NCBI GenBank assembly: GCA_946403255.1
Contig: CAMIZH010000001.1
Span: 1 to 51,650 of the forward strand
From: an uncultured Peptoniphilaceae bacterium
Lineage (GTDB): Bacteria; Bacillota; Clostridia; Tissierellales; Peptoniphilaceae
Reading direction: 5' to 3'
DNA length: 51,650 nt
In this document: piece by piece, positions 9,511 to 19,315 of the stretch
Numbering within the stretch: position 1 is the stretch's first letter
How the letters are laid out: every line of letters begins with the position of its first letter
The notes under the pieces: generated by a model
Seen by the model: only the letters and a program-made list of their open reading frames with translations
What the model was told of the DNA's origin: nothing
The model's database searches: none
Translations under genes and position numbers: made by a program

Positions 9511-10215
9511 CTAAACTACTAATACTGCTACAATGGCTCCACCAAACATACTAAATGTTAGTGACCATTGTTTTAGCCAAGGTAGTTTTTTCTCTCCAAA
9601 TTTTTGACAAAATATCATTATTATAAATCCTACAATACCTGATACTGTTACTGCTGGGCTAACTTTAACTTTTATTAAATTATCTACATTAAAATATGCA
9701 AATGCTCCAAGCATTGCCCCAACACTTACTGCTGGAAGTAGTGCTTTTCTTCCTCCTGTAAGTAAATTATTTACCTTATGCATCTTATGTCCAAATAAAA
9801 ATACAAATATTAACCAACCCATTACTCCTAGAGCTGGTGTCCATAAAGCATTTGCAAATACTACTGGGTCCATATTTGTTGAAAGTTCTGATCCCAACGC
9901 CTTTGCTCCAAAGTTTGCTGCCATAGTTTCATAGTTTGTACCACCAATTACACTCATTCTAAGAGCTGTAACAGGTCCTCCTAGTGTTACTATTAGTGCA
10001 AGTATACTTCCCACAACTCCCATTGCTGGTCCTATACTGCTAAGGGCACTTGTCTTGATTCCTTTTTTAATTTTGTCTTCATCCATACCAAGTTCTTTTG
10101 TACATCCTAAAGTTTTCTTTAAAATAATAGTTGTTTGAACTAATACTAAAATTATTCCTATAGCACATGCTAAATACATAAGTGGATGATTGGCATAATA
10201 CATATGATCTTTCAT
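9511..10215 (-). CDS. DUF5058 family membrane protein
   Basis: AN.P.MY, SIGPA, LGGP....RMSVIG...YE..AA, W.....SMFGG pattern recalled for DUF5058. Confidence 0.75.
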   Translation of the reverse strand: MKDHMYYANHPLMYLACAIGIILVLVQTTIILKKTLGCTKELGMDEDKIKKGIKTSALSSIGPAMGVVGSILALIVTLGGPVTALRMSVIGGTNYETMAANFGAKALGSELSTNMDPVVFANALWTPALGVMGWLIFVFLFGHKMHKVNNLLTGGRKALLPAVSVGAMLGAFAYFNVDNLIKVKVSPAVTVSGIVGFIIMIFCQKFGEKKLPWLKQWSLTFSMFGGAIVAVLVV

Positions 10216-10273
10216 ATTTTCTCTTCTTTTATTTTTTACTATTTTAATACTTTTTTAAAATATTTGTTTAATA

Positions 10274-10302
10274 GAGTAGCACTAGAAATTTATATTGTCA
10301 AC
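10274..10302 (-). promoter_or_regulatory. Probable sigma-A promoter of DUF5058 operon
   Basis: TTGACA, 17 bp, TACTCT with extended -10 TG. Confidence 0.5.
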
Positions 10303-10363
10303 TAATTATCTGAAGTATACATTTAATATATACTTAGGAATAGAAAATTTTATTTAATAATAT

Positions 10364-10399
10364 AAAAAAGACCTACTAAAATTAGATAGGTCTTTTTTT
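10364..10399 (-). terminator. Terminator after ktrA
   Basis: AAAAAAGACCTA...TAGGTCTTTTTT inverted repeat with U-runs. Confidence 0.75.
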
Positions 10400-10403
10400 A
10401 TAT

Positions 10404-11048
10404 TTATTTTTCTATATTATGAAGAATGTCATCTTTTCCAAGAACCATTAAAACATCACCTTCAAATAATTTTTCCTTTGCTCCTGGTATTATTTCAATA
10501 TCTCCATTCCTCTCTATTCCCAAAATAGTTGCTTTATATTTATATCTGAAATTTAATTCTTCAATTGATTTACCAATCCACTTATCAAGAACTTTTATTT
10601 CTATAATAGAATATTCTGGAGAAAGTTGAATAAAATCTAAAATATTATTTGAATCTAAACTATGAGCTAATCTAAAACCCATATCTCTTTCTGGATATAT
10701 TAATTTATCAGCACCGACTTTTTTAAGAATTTCTCCTTTTCTAAGACTCATTGCTTTTGCAACTATATAAGAAACTCCAGCTTCTTTACAAAGTATTGTC
10801 GCCATTATTGCTGCTTCTAAATTTGTTCCAATAGCTATAACTGCGTTGTCAAAATTTGAAAGCCCTAAGTCCTTTACCGCTTCTTCATCTAAAATATCAC
10901 ATTGAACAGATGTAGTTACTTCATCTGATATCCACTGTACTTTTTCAAAATCTGTATCAACTACTAAGACCTCATGTCCTAGGCTTGTAAGAGTAGTTGC
11001 TACAGTTGATCCAAATCTACCACAACCAAAAACTATTATTGATTTCAT
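10404..11048 (-). CDS. ktrA: Ktr/Trk K+ uptake regulatory subunit (RCK domains)
   Basis: GCGRFG Rossmann motif, PERDMG.RLA, TrkA-C domain. Confidence 0.92.
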   Translation of the reverse strand: MKSIIVFGCGRFGSTVATTLTSLGHEVLVVDTDFEKVQWISDEVTTSVQCDILDEEAVKDLGLSNFDNAVIAIGTNLEAAIMATILCKEAGVSYIVAKAMSLRKGEILKKVGADKLIYPERDMGFRLAHSLDSNNILDFIQLSPEYSIIEIKVLDKWIGKSIEELNFRYKYKATILGIERNGDIEIIPGAKEKLFEGDVLMVLGKDDILHNIEK

Positions 11049-11057
11049 AGTTCCTCC

Positions 11058-12401
11058 TTATCCAACAATTATATTTCCTTCTGAATATTTTATATTTGAA
11101 ATTTTCTTTTTTCTTAAAATTGCCACAGCTAATGTTGTAGGTCCAATTCTACCTAAAAACATTGTTAATGCTAATATTATTTTTGAAAGATTTGATAAAT
11201 CTGCAGTTATTCCCCTTGTAATCCCAACTGTTGCAAAGGCAGATACTGTTTCAAATAAAACATCAATAAAATCAAATTGCTCTTTTTCTATGACTTGTAC
11301 TCCAAATGCAACAAGTATAACAAGAAGCATACAAATAAATGTTATGGCTAATGCTTTTAATATAGTATAAACTGGAATTGTTTTTTTCAAAACTACTGCA
11401 TCCTTTTCACCTTTTAATGTTGAAATAGTCGAGAATAATAAAACCCCAAAAGTTGTTGTTTTTATCCCACCAGCCGTTGATGCCGGAGAACCACCTATAA
11501 ACATAAGTATTGTAAGTAAAAATATCGTTGCATCTCTAAGTGGAGCTGTAGGAATAGAGTTAAATCCTGCAGTTCTGACTATTGTTGATTGAAATGACGC
11601 TACTAACAATTTGTTTTTAAAAGACATATTTCCAATAGTATCTGGATTCCAATTTTCTATTAATAAAAATAATATAGTTCCTACTAAAAGTAATATTACT
11701 GTAGTTATTATTACAAGTTTAGTATGAAGATTGAAATTTTTCCAATGTCTTTTTTTATAAATATCTAGATAAACTGTAAAACCAAGTCCACCCATTATAA
11801 CAAGAGACATAATAATTAAATTTAAAAATGTATCAAAATAATAAGACTCTAAACTATTTCCAAAAAGATCAAAACCAGCATTACAAAAGGCTGAAATCGA
11901 ATGAAATAACGAATAGCTAATTCCCTTTCCAAATCCAAACATTGGTATGAATTTAAACGAAAGTAGTATTGCCCCTGTTAACTCTATTAAAAAACTTATT
12001 AAAACAACTGACTTTACAAGTCTAACAAGCCCTTTTAAAGAGTCATAATTTAATTGTTCTTTTATAAGAAGCCTTTGTTTAAGACCTATTTTTTTTCTAA
12101 GTAATATCGCTATCATTGTAAATATAACCATTGTTCCAAGACCACCAATCTGAATTAATGATATAATTACAATTTTACCAAAAGTTGACCAATACATAGC
12201 TGTATTTACAACTATAAGCCCTGTTACACAAGTTGCTGAAGTTGCTGTAAAAAACGCATTTATAAAACCTATTGACTCACCACTTTTACTTGCTAATGGC
12301 AAATTTAAAAGCAAAGTTCCTATTAAAATAATAGTTATAAAAGATATCCCTAAAAGCAATGGTGGATTTTCAATTAATTTTTCTAATTTACTTTTTTTCA
12401 T
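11058..12401 (-). CDS. ktrB: Ktr/TrkH K+ uptake membrane subunit
   Basis: TSATCVTGL, SAFCNAGF, RTAGF, SAFATVG pore loops; GGSPASTAGGIK. Confidence 0.93.
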   Translation of the reverse strand: MKKSKLEKLIENPPLLLGISFITIILIGTLLLNLPLASKSGESIGFINAFFTATSATCVTGLIVVNTAMYWSTFGKIVIISLIQIGGLGTMVIFTMIAILLRKKIGLKQRLLIKEQLNYDSLKGLVRLVKSVVLISFLIELTGAILLSFKFIPMFGFGKGISYSLFHSISAFCNAGFDLFGNSLESYYFDTFLNLIIMSLVIMGGLGFTVYLDIYKKRHWKNFNLHTKLVIITTVILLLVGTILFLLIENWNPDTIGNMSFKNKLLVASFQSTIVRTAGFNSIPTAPLRDATIFLLTILMFIGGSPASTAGGIKTTTFGVLLFSTISTLKGEKDAVVLKKTIPVYTILKALAITFICMLLVILVAFGVQVIEKEQFDFIDVLFETVSAFATVGITRGITADLSNLSKIILALTMFLGRIGPTTLAVAILRKKKISNIKYSEGNIIVG

Positions 12402-12424
12402 AAAAACCTTTTCTTTCTTTTTAC

Positions 12425-12451
12425 AAAAAAAAGCTCCTCAAGGGAACTTTT
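12425..12451 (-). terminator. Terminator after rplT
   Basis: AAAAGTTCCC-TTGA-GGAGCTTTTTTT on minus strand (imperfect stem). Confidence 0.6.
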
Positions 12452-12453
12452 AA

Positions 12454-12804
12454 TTACTTGCTTTTTGCAATTTCAACTAATTTTGCGAAACTTGCTGGAT
12501 CGCTTATAGCCATTTCAGAAAGCATTTTTCTATTGATTTCAATATTAGATTTTTTAAGGCCGTTAATGAATGTTGAATAACTCATACCATTAAGTCTTGC
12601 TCCAGCATTAATTCTGGCAATCCAAAGTTTTCTGAATTCTCTTTTTCTTTGTTTTCTTCCGATGTAAGCATAATTTAAAGATTTCATTACAGCTTGGTTA
12701 GCTGGTCTGAATAATTTTGATTTAGCTCCAAAGTATCCTTTTGCTTGTTTTAATACTTTTTTATGTCTTTTTTTAGCATTTACTGCTCTTTTAACTCTAG
12801 CCAT
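12454..12804 (-). CDS. rplT: 50S ribosomal protein L20
   Basis: MARVKR...AKGYFG...[10 protein letters not shown]. Confidence 0.99.
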   Translation of the reverse strand: MARVKRAVNAKKRHKKVLKQAKGYFGAKSKLFRPANQAVMKSLNYAYIGRKQRKREFRKLWIARINAGARLNGMSYSTFINGLKKSNIEINRKMLSEMAISDPASFAKLVEIAKSK

Positions 12805-12823
12805 TTCTTTTTCTCCCCCTAAC

Positions 12824-13015
12824 CTATGGAATCATGTGATCAATTCTGCTTTGATCTGATGGACTTACTAATCCTGATTTTCTTAATGATCTGATTCTTT
12901 TTGAGCTTTTCTTTCCAGTTAAATGACCTTTATAAGCTGAGAATCTTTTGATTTTACCTGTACCAGTTCTTTTGAATCTTTTTGCAGATCCTCTGTGAGT
13001 TTTCATTTTACCCAT
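12824..13015 (-). CDS. rpmI: 50S ribosomal protein L35
   Basis: [18 protein letters not shown]. Confidence 0.98.
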   Translation of the reverse strand: MGKMKTHRGSAKRFKRTGTGKIKRFSAYKGHLTGKKSSKRIRSLRKSGLVSPSDQSRIDHMIP

Positions 13016-13029
13016 AGTAATCCTCCTAT

Positions 13030-13542
13030 TTATTTATCCGTATTAGGTGATAAAAACATAACCATGCTTCTACCTTCCATTTTAGGTTTTTTGTCCACAA
13101 CTCCATGCTCAGAAATTAAATTTACGAAATCTCCAAGAACTTCTCTACCGATTTCAGTATGTCCCATTTCTCTACCTCTGAAACGCACAGAAACCTTTAC
13201 TCTGTCACCATTGTCCAAGAATTTAATTCCTTGGTTGGCTTTAGTGTTTAAATCATGGCTTTCTATATTTGGTGTAAGACGCAATTCTTTAACATTAATT
13301 ACTTTTTGTTTTTTCTTTGCTTCTTTTTCCTTTTTCATCAGTTCATATCTGTATTTACCGTAATCAGTTATACGACATACAGGTGGTTTTGAATTTGGGG
13401 CAATGTTAACAAGGTCAAGTTTCTTATCAAATGCCATCTCTTGTGCACGTGTTTTTGGAACTACTCCTACTTGATTGCCTTCTTCATCTATCAATCTAAC
13501 TTCTTTCTCTCTGATTCCTTCATTAATTTGAAGCTCTTTAAT
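13030..13542 (-). CDS. infC: Translation initiation factor IF-3 (ATT start)
   Basis: [22 protein letters not shown]; frame extends 16 codons beyond the ORF-track start ([16 protein letters not shown]) to ATT at 13542, with GGAGG upstream. Confidence 0.97.
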   Translation of the reverse strand: MKELQINEGIREKEVRLIDEEGNQVGVVPKTRAQEMAFDKKLDLVNIAPNSKPPVCRITDYGKYRYELMKKEKEAKKKQKVINVKELRLTPNIESHDLNTKANQGIKFLDNGDRVKVSVRFRGREMGHTEIGREVLGDFVNLISEHGVVDKKPKMEGRSMVMFLSPNTDK

Positions 13543-13565
13543 CTCTAAGCACCTCCGTAAAAATT

Positions 13566-13671
13566 AAAAAAAAGCGGGCAAAAAGCCCGCAAGAATTCAA
13601 CATTTGTGTTATTCTTAATCAACCTTAGCGCCATAAGCCTAAGGTGAGAAGCGGACTTCTTCTTAAATACT
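13566..13671 (-). ncRNA. Ribosomal protein L20 leader (autoregulatory attenuator)
   Basis: 5' AGAAGTCCGCTTCTCACCT matches the L20 leader pattern; CCTTAG..CTAAGG stem; terminator GCGGGC/GCCCGC + U8 before infC SD. Confidence 0.85.
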
Positions 13672-13676
13672 GTATA

Positions 13677-13705
13677 AGTATACCCTATACATTCTATCTT
13701 GTCAA
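13677..13705 (-). promoter_or_regulatory. sigma-A promoter of infC-rpmI-rplT
   Basis: TTGACA, 17 bp, TATACT; -35 overlaps uraA stop codon. Confidence 0.8.
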
Positions 13706-14940
13706 CTATTTATTTTATTTTCTATAGTTGTAAATATTACATTTAGTAATACACCTACTATTGCACTAAGTGCTAATCCACTTAATGATGCAGTTTCAGT
13801 TAATCTTATTTGTAAGTTTAGTCCAAAGTTAGGTCCTAAACCAATTACTACTATTGTAACCATAACTATAATATTTTTCAAGTTAAAATCTATATGTGAA
13901 CTACGAATATTTTTAACACCTACTATTGCTATCATTGAGAAAAGCATAAGTGATATCCCACCCATTACACATTGTGGTATTGTTTGTAAAAATCCTCCAA
14001 CTTTTCCAACAGTTGATAGAACTATTGCAAGTACTGCTGTAATTCTTAAAATTGATGGATCATAATTTTTTGTTATTGCTAAAATTCCTGTATTTTCTCC
14101 ATAAGTTGTATTTGCTGGTCCTCCTAGAAATCCTGCAACCATTGTTGCAAGTCCATCTCCTAAAAGAGTTCTATTTAATCCTGGATCTTTTAAGAAGTCT
14201 TCTCCTACTACTGCTGAATTTGTTGTTATGTCTCCAATATGTTCCATAAAAACTGCTAATATAACTGGAGCTATAATTAATATTGCTCCTATATCAAATT
14301 TGGGCGCAGAAAATTTTGGAATTGCCACTATACTTGCCTCTGTTATTGGGCTAAGGTCTACAATTCCTGCTTGAAGAGATATTAAGTATCCTATTGTTAC
14401 TGATATTATAATTGATAATTGTTTTATAAATCCATGACCTTTTTGCGATGTTAATACTGCCATTATAAGTGTTATTGCTGCTATTATATAATTTTGTGAT
14501 GCCATATTTAATGCAGTCGGTATCATATTTAGTCCTATTACTATTATCATTGGTCCAATAACTTGTGCTGGAAAATATTTTGTAATTTTACTAACGCCAA
14601 TTTTATTTATTAATAAAGACATCAGGACATACAAAAAGCCTGCCACTATTATGCCACCTTGAGCATAGGACAAGCTATGATAATTTTCATATACAGTTTG
14701 AATTGCTGGTATAAATGCAAATGAAGAACCTAAAAACACTGGCACTTTTTTCTTTGTGCAAAGATGGAAAATTAATGTACCTACGCCTGCGCAAAACAAT
14801 GTGGTACTTACGTCAAATCCAGTTAATAATGGAACTAATACTGTTGCACCAAACATTGCTATCATATGTTGAAGTGCTAAAAATATTTTTTTTGTAAATC
14901 CCATTTCTGGATACTGCTTACTACTTGTTGTCTTTTCCAA
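13702..14940 (-). CDS. uraA: Uracil permease (NCS2 family)
   Basis: LQH..AMFGATVLVP, FLGSSFAFI, EHIGD, PANTTYGEN NAT signature; likely TTG start at 14940 after AAGGAG. Confidence 0.9.
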   Translation of the reverse strand: MEKTTSSKQYPEMGFTKKIFLALQHMIAMFGATVLVPLLTGFDVSTTLFCAGVGTLIFHLCTKKKVPVFLGSSFAFIPAIQTVYENYHSLSYAQGGIIVAGFLYVLMSLLINKIGVSKITKYFPAQVIGPMIIVIGLNMIPTALNMASQNYIIAAITLIMAVLTSQKGHGFIKQLSIIISVTIGYLISLQAGIVDLSPITEASIVAIPKFSAPKFDIGAILIIAPVILAVFMEHIGDITTNSAVVGEDFLKDPGLNRTLLGDGLATMVAGFLGGPANTTYGENTGILAITKNYDPSILRITAVLAIVLSTVGKVGGFLQTIPQCVMGGISLMLFSMIAIVGVKNIRSSHIDFNLKNIIVMVTIVVIGLGPNFGLNLQIRLTETASLSGLALSAIVGVLLNVIFTTIENKINS

Positions 14941-14991
14941 AATAATCACTCCTTCTTCCTAATCACTACTTACTTTTGGGTATTTTTTCTA

Positions 14992-15020
14992 ATTATACGC
15001 GTATGTTTATGCACTGTCAA
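14992..15020 (-). promoter_or_regulatory. Consensus sigma-A promoter of uraA
   Basis: TTGACA, 17 bp, TATAAT. Confidence 0.85.
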
Positions 15021-15040
15021 GGATAAGTTTACAATATTAT

Positions 15041-15069
15041 AAAAAAAGAGACTAGATCTCCCCAGTCTC
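15041..15069 (-). terminator. Terminator after udk
   Basis: GAGACT/AGTCTC stem followed by U7 on minus strand. Confidence 0.65.
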
Positions 15070-15075
15070 AAAATT

Positions 15076-15708
15076 TTATTTATTTTCATTTTCACTTAAT
15101 ACTGATATTACTTTAGAATATATTAAATCAATTGCAACTTTATTATATCCACCCTCTGGAATTATAATATCTGCATATCTTTTTGATGGCTCAACAAATT
15201 GCATATTTGCTGGTCTTACTGTAGACATATATTGTAATATAACAGATTCAAGGGAACGTCCTCTCTCTTTTATATCTCTTAATATTCTTCTAATTATTCT
15301 AACATCACTATCAGTATCTACAAATACTTTAATATCTAGTAAATCTCTTATTTGTTTTTCACTTAAAATTAAAATTCCTTCAAGAATAATAATTTCTCTT
15401 GGCTCTACAAATTTTGTTTCATCTTTTCTATTGTGAATTTCAAAATCATATATTGGTTTATCTATTCCCTCTCCATTTTTTAACTTTTCTAAATGCTCTA
15501 TTAAAAGGTCATTGTCAAAGGCAAAAGGATGGTCATAGTTTGTTTTAACTCTTTGTTCATATGGAAGTGTGCTTTGTGATTTATAATAGCTATCTTGTTC
15601 TATAACAGCTACTTTATCATCATCAATCATTTCTACTAGCTCATTTGTTACAGTGCTTTTCCCTGAACCTGAGCCACCTGCTATTCCTATTATAATTGGT
15701 TTGGCCAT
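15076..15708 (-). CDS. udk: Uridine kinase
   Basis: [12 protein letters not shown]-loop, [27 protein letters not shown]. Confidence 0.96.
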   Translation of the reverse strand: MAKPIIIGIAGGSGSGKSTVTNELVEMIDDDKVAVIEQDSYYKSQSTLPYEQRVKTNYDHPFAFDNDLLIEHLEKLKNGEGIDKPIYDFEIHNRKDETKFVEPREIIILEGILILSEKQIRDLLDIKVFVDTDSDVRIIRRILRDIKERGRSLESVILQYMSTVRPANMQFVEPSKRYADIIIPEGGYNKVAIDLIYSKVISVLSENENK

Positions 15709-15709
15709 A

Positions 15710-16936
15710 CTACTCACTTCTTCTCCTAATCATATATCCTGGTTGGATTTTTTCATCAACTTTAATTTTAAATATTTGTAATGCACGATTTGCAACTTCA
15801 ATTTCTTTATCATTTTTATCATACATCTCTGTAATAGTTTGATCTATTTGTCTTATTCCAGGTCCAAATATTTCAATTTCTTCACCTTTAAATATTCTAT
15901 TTCTTTGTTCTACAGTTGCAATTTTTGTTTTTTCGTCGTAGTCAAGAACAAGACCTATAAAATCATATCCTCTTATATATGAATTTGTTTCATATACTTG
16001 TGAATCTTGATTTGCTTGTCCAAAATAAAATCCAGTTGTGAAATCCCTATGACTTACTTTTTTAACTTCTTCAAGTAAATAAGGATCAAATTCATAATTT
16101 TCAGGATCAGCATAATATGAATCTATTGCCATTCTATAAGTTCTAATTATAGTAGCAAGATAATATTCACTTTTTACTCTTCCTTCTATTTTAAGACTTG
16201 TAATTCCTGCTTCAATTAATTTGTGAACATCTTGAATCATACAAAGGTCCTTTGAGTTCATAATAAAAGTTCCTTCTTCATGTTCTTCTATTGGAAAATA
16301 TTCACCTGGTCTTTTTTCTTCTACAAGATGATATTTATATCTACAAGCTTGAGAACAATCTCCCATATTTGCATCTCTACCAGTCATGTAATTTGAAAGT
16401 AAACATCTTCCTGAATAAGACATACACATAGCACCATGTGCAAAAGTTTCAATTTGAACTTCATTGTTTGTGTCTTCTATGATTCCTTTAATTTCTTCAA
16501 GTGAAAGTTCTCTTGCTAGTACTACTCTTTCAGCGCCCATTTTATCCCAGAATTTTACAGTAGATGAATTTGTAACAGAACCTTGTGTTGAAATATGAAT
16601 ATTCATTCTAGGTTCTGCTTCTTGAACTTTCATAATCATTCCTGGATCTGCAACTATAAGTGCATCTACTCCAATATTATAAAGTTCTCTAACATAATCT
16701 TCTACACCAACGATATCTTTATTATGAGGAATAATATTTAAAGTTACATGAACTTTTTTTCCCCTATCATGAGCGTATTTAACACCTTCTGCTATTTCTT
16801 CCATTGTAAAGTTTTTAGACGCTTTTCTAAGTCCAAAACTTTCTCCACCTAAATAAACAGCATCTGCACCATAATTAATTGCTGTTTTTAGTTTATTTAA
16901 ATCACCTGCTGGTGCAAGTAATTCAACTTTATTCAT
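15710..16936 (-). CDS. Peptidase U32 family, tRNA U34 hydroxylation protein (TrhP/YrrO-like)
   Basis: [27 protein letters not shown]...C...CR Fe-S motif, SLKIEGR; next to trmR. Start taken as ATG 16936. Confidence 0.9.
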   Translation of the reverse strand: MNKVELLAPAGDLNKLKTAINYGADAVYLGGESFGLRKASKNFTMEEIAEGVKYAHDRGKKVHVTLNIIPHNKDIVGVEDYVRELYNIGVDALIVADPGMIMKVQEAEPRMNIHISTQGSVTNSSTVKFWDKMGAERVVLARELSLEEIKGIIEDTNNEVQIETFAHGAMCMSYSGRCLLSNYMTGRDANMGDCSQACRYKYHLVEEKRPGEYFPIEEHEEGTFIMNSKDLCMIQDVHKLIEAGITSLKIEGRVKSEYYLATIIRTYRMAIDSYYADPENYEFDPYLLEEVKKVSHRDFTTGFYFGQANQDSQVYETNSYIRGYDFIGLVLDYDEKTKIATVEQRNRIFKGEEIEIFGPGIRQIDQTITEMYDKNDKEIEVANRALQIFKIKVDEKIQPGYMIRRRSE

Positions 16937-17582
16937 CTTCTTTCCTCCCAATTAACAAAACTCCATCTCCAATGGGAACTATTGAAGACATATAGTCCTG
17001 ATTTTCTTCAATATCTTTTAAAAACTTTCTAAGTCTTTTTACAATTGTTATTTTTCTTCTTTCAACTAATTCTTGATTAGCAATCATACCTTTAAATAGT
17101 ACATTATCACATATAATAATACCATCTTTTGCTAAATTTTTAAGCACTAGATTGAAATATTTTTCATATTGCCCCTTTGCTGCATCTATAAAAATCATAT
17201 CAAATTTTCCTTCAACACTTTGAACAACTTCTGCTGCGTCTCCATGAAGAACTTCAATTTTATCTGAAAATCCATAATCTTCAATATTTTTTCGTGAAAT
17301 CTCAACCATATCTTCACGAATTTCAATTGTTTTTATTTTTTCAATTGATGGTGATGTCTCTGTAAAAACAATAGAAGAATATCCTATTGCAGTTCCAAGT
17401 TCTAGAATTTTTTTTGGTTTTCTCATATATATTAAAAACTTTAAAAATTCTTCTGTTTCTTCTTCAACAATTGGAACATGATTTTCTTTTGCATATTGTC
17501 TCATTTCCTTTAATTGACCTTTTTTTTCTGGAACAAGACCTCTTATATAATCTTCTATATATTCATAATTTATATTTGTCAT
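16929..17582 (-). CDS. trmR: O-methyltransferase, tRNA 5-hydroxyuridine methyltransferase (YrrM/TrmR-like)
   Basis: LELGTAIGYS, FIDAAKGQY, DNVLFKG, PIGDG; synteny with U32 gene and udk. Confidence 0.82.
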   Translation of the reverse strand: MTNINYEYIEDYIRGLVPEKKGQLKEMRQYAKENHVPIVEEETEEFLKFLIYMRKPKKILELGTAIGYSSIVFTETSPSIEKIKTIEIREDMVEISRKNIEDYGFSDKIEVLHGDAAEVVQSVEGKFDMIFIDAAKGQYEKYFNLVLKNLAKDGIIICDNVLFKGMIANQELVERRKITIVKRLRKFLKDIEENQDYMSSIVPIGDGVLLIGRKEDE

Positions 17583-17601
17583 AATACCCTCTTAAATTCA
17601 T

Positions 17602-17629
17602 AAAAAGGGAATCTAATAGATTCCCTTTT
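17602..17629 (-). terminator. Terminator after rnj
   Basis: AAAAGGGAATCTA/TAGATTCCCTTTT inverted repeat. Confidence 0.8.
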
Positions 17630-17630
17630 A

Positions 17631-19295
17631 TTATATTTCCATTATAATTGGAAGAATCATAGGATTTCTCTTTGTTTGAGTAAATAAGAATCCTTTTAAA
17701 TCTTCTCTTATATTTGTTTTAAGTGTTGACCAATCAGTAATAGTTTTTCTATCACATTTGTCTAAAGTACCTTTTACTACTTTTCTTGCATCTTCCATTA
17801 AATCTCCAGATTCTCTTACATATACAAATCCTCTAGAAATAATATCTGGTCCTGATACAACTTTACCTTCTGATTTTGATATAGTTACTACTACAACTAT
17901 AAGTCCATCTTCTGATAAGTGCTTTCTATCTCTTAAAACAATATTTCCTACATCTCCTATACCAAGTCCATCTACAAGAATATTTCCTGATGGAACATCT
18001 CCTACAAACTTAGCATTTTTTTGAGATATTTCTAGACAATTACCATTTTTCATTATAAAAATGTTTTCTTCTTTTACTCCAACTGCTTTTGCAATTTCAG
18101 AGTGTTTCATTAAATGTCTAACTTCACCATGCACTGGTATGAAATATTTTGGATTAACAAGACTAAGCATTAATTTTAACTCTTCTTGGCAAGCATGTCC
18201 TGATACATGAATTTCTGAAAGAGTTTCATATATAACATCAGCACCTGATTCTAAAAGTTTATTAGTTACTTTAGATACTGCATTTTCATTTCCTGGAATT
18301 GGAGTAGCTGATAATATAACTACATCATTTGGAGTTAATTTTATCTTTCTATGTTCTCCAAAAGCAATTCTAGTTAGAGCACTCATTGGCTCTCCTTGTG
18401 ATCCCGTTGTTATTAAAACAAGTTGAGAATCATCATATCTATGCATATCTTTTATATCTATTAATGTTCCTTTTTTAACTTTTAAATATCCAAGTCTTTG
18501 AGCAGTTTCCATTACATTTAGCATTGATCTTCCTGATAGAACAACTTTTCTATCATAGTTCTCTGCTGAATTTATAATTTGTTGTATTCTATGCACATTT
18601 GAAGCAAATGTTGCAATTATAATTCTATTATTTTGTTGTTGAGAAAAAATTCTGTTGAAAGTTTCTCCAACTTTACTTTCACTCATTGTATATCCTGCTC
18701 TTAGTACATTTGTAGATTCTCCCATCATAGCAAGAACTCCACGTTTACCAATTTCAGCAATTCTGTGTAAATCAATCGCATCACCTGATATTGGTGTAAA
18801 GTCAACTTTAAAGTCTCCAGTATGGAATACTGTTCCAAGAGGAGTTTTAATAGCAAGAGCACATGCATCAGGTATAGAGTGATTTACTCTAATCCATTCA
18901 CATTCCATTTTTCCAAGTTTAACTTTATCTCCAGCTCGAACAACATTTAAGTCTACTTTTCCTAAATTATGTTCTTTTAATTTATTTTCTAATAATCCTA
19001 TTGTTAATGGAGTACCATAAATAGGCATTTTTATTTTTTTCAAAATATATGGTATTGCTCCAATATGGTCTTCGTGACCATGAGTTAGAACAAGTCCTTT
19101 TATTTTTTCTTTATTTTTAACTAAATAACTTACATCTGGAATTACAATATCTATTCCAAGCATTTCATCTTCTGGAAATGTCATTCCGCAATCAATCATT
19201 ATTATTTCATCCCTGTATTCAACTAAAGTTAGGTTCTTACCAACTTCATGTAGACCTCCCAGGGGGATAATCTTAACTTTATTAGTGTTTCTCAT
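17631..19295 (-). CDS. rnj: Ribonuclease J
   Basis: PLGG..EVGKN, THGHEDHIG, HTGDFK, TGSQGEP, HVSGHA. Confidence 0.96.
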   Translation of the reverse strand: MRNTNKVKIIPLGGLHEVGKNLTLVEYRDEIIMIDCGMTFPEDEMLGIDIVIPDVSYLVKNKEKIKGLVLTHGHEDHIGAIPYILKKIKMPIYGTPLTIGLLENKLKEHNLGKVDLNVVRAGDKVKLGKMECEWIRVNHSIPDACALAIKTPLGTVFHTGDFKVDFTPISGDAIDLHRIAEIGKRGVLAMMGESTNVLRAGYTMSESKVGETFNRIFSQQQNNRIIIATFASNVHRIQQIINSAENYDRKVVLSGRSMLNVMETAQRLGYLKVKKGTLIDIKDMHRYDDSQLVLITTGSQGEPMSALTRIAFGEHRKIKLTPNDVVILSATPIPGNENAVSKVTNKLLESGADVIYETLSEIHVSGHACQEELKLMLSLVNPKYFIPVHGEVRHLMKHSEIAKAVGVKEENIFIMKNGNCLEISQKNAKFVGDVPSGNILVDGLGIGDVGNIVLRDRKHLSEDGLIVVVVTISKSEGKVVSGPDIISRGFVYVRESGDLMEDARKVVKGTLDKCDRKTITDWSTLKTNIREDLKGFLFTQTKRNPMILPIIMEI

Positions 19296-19315
19296 TTATT
19301 TTAATCTCTCCCTTA

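Noticed and set aside
10305..10319. Possible CodY box AATTATCTGAAGTAT upstream of the DUF5058 promoter
   Set aside because: Four mismatches to AATTTTCWGAAAATT in very AT-rich DNA; biologically plausible but not distinguishable from chance
12402..12453. c-di-AMP riboswitch upstream of ktrB
   Set aside because: The gap is only about 50 bp and is occupied by the rplT terminator
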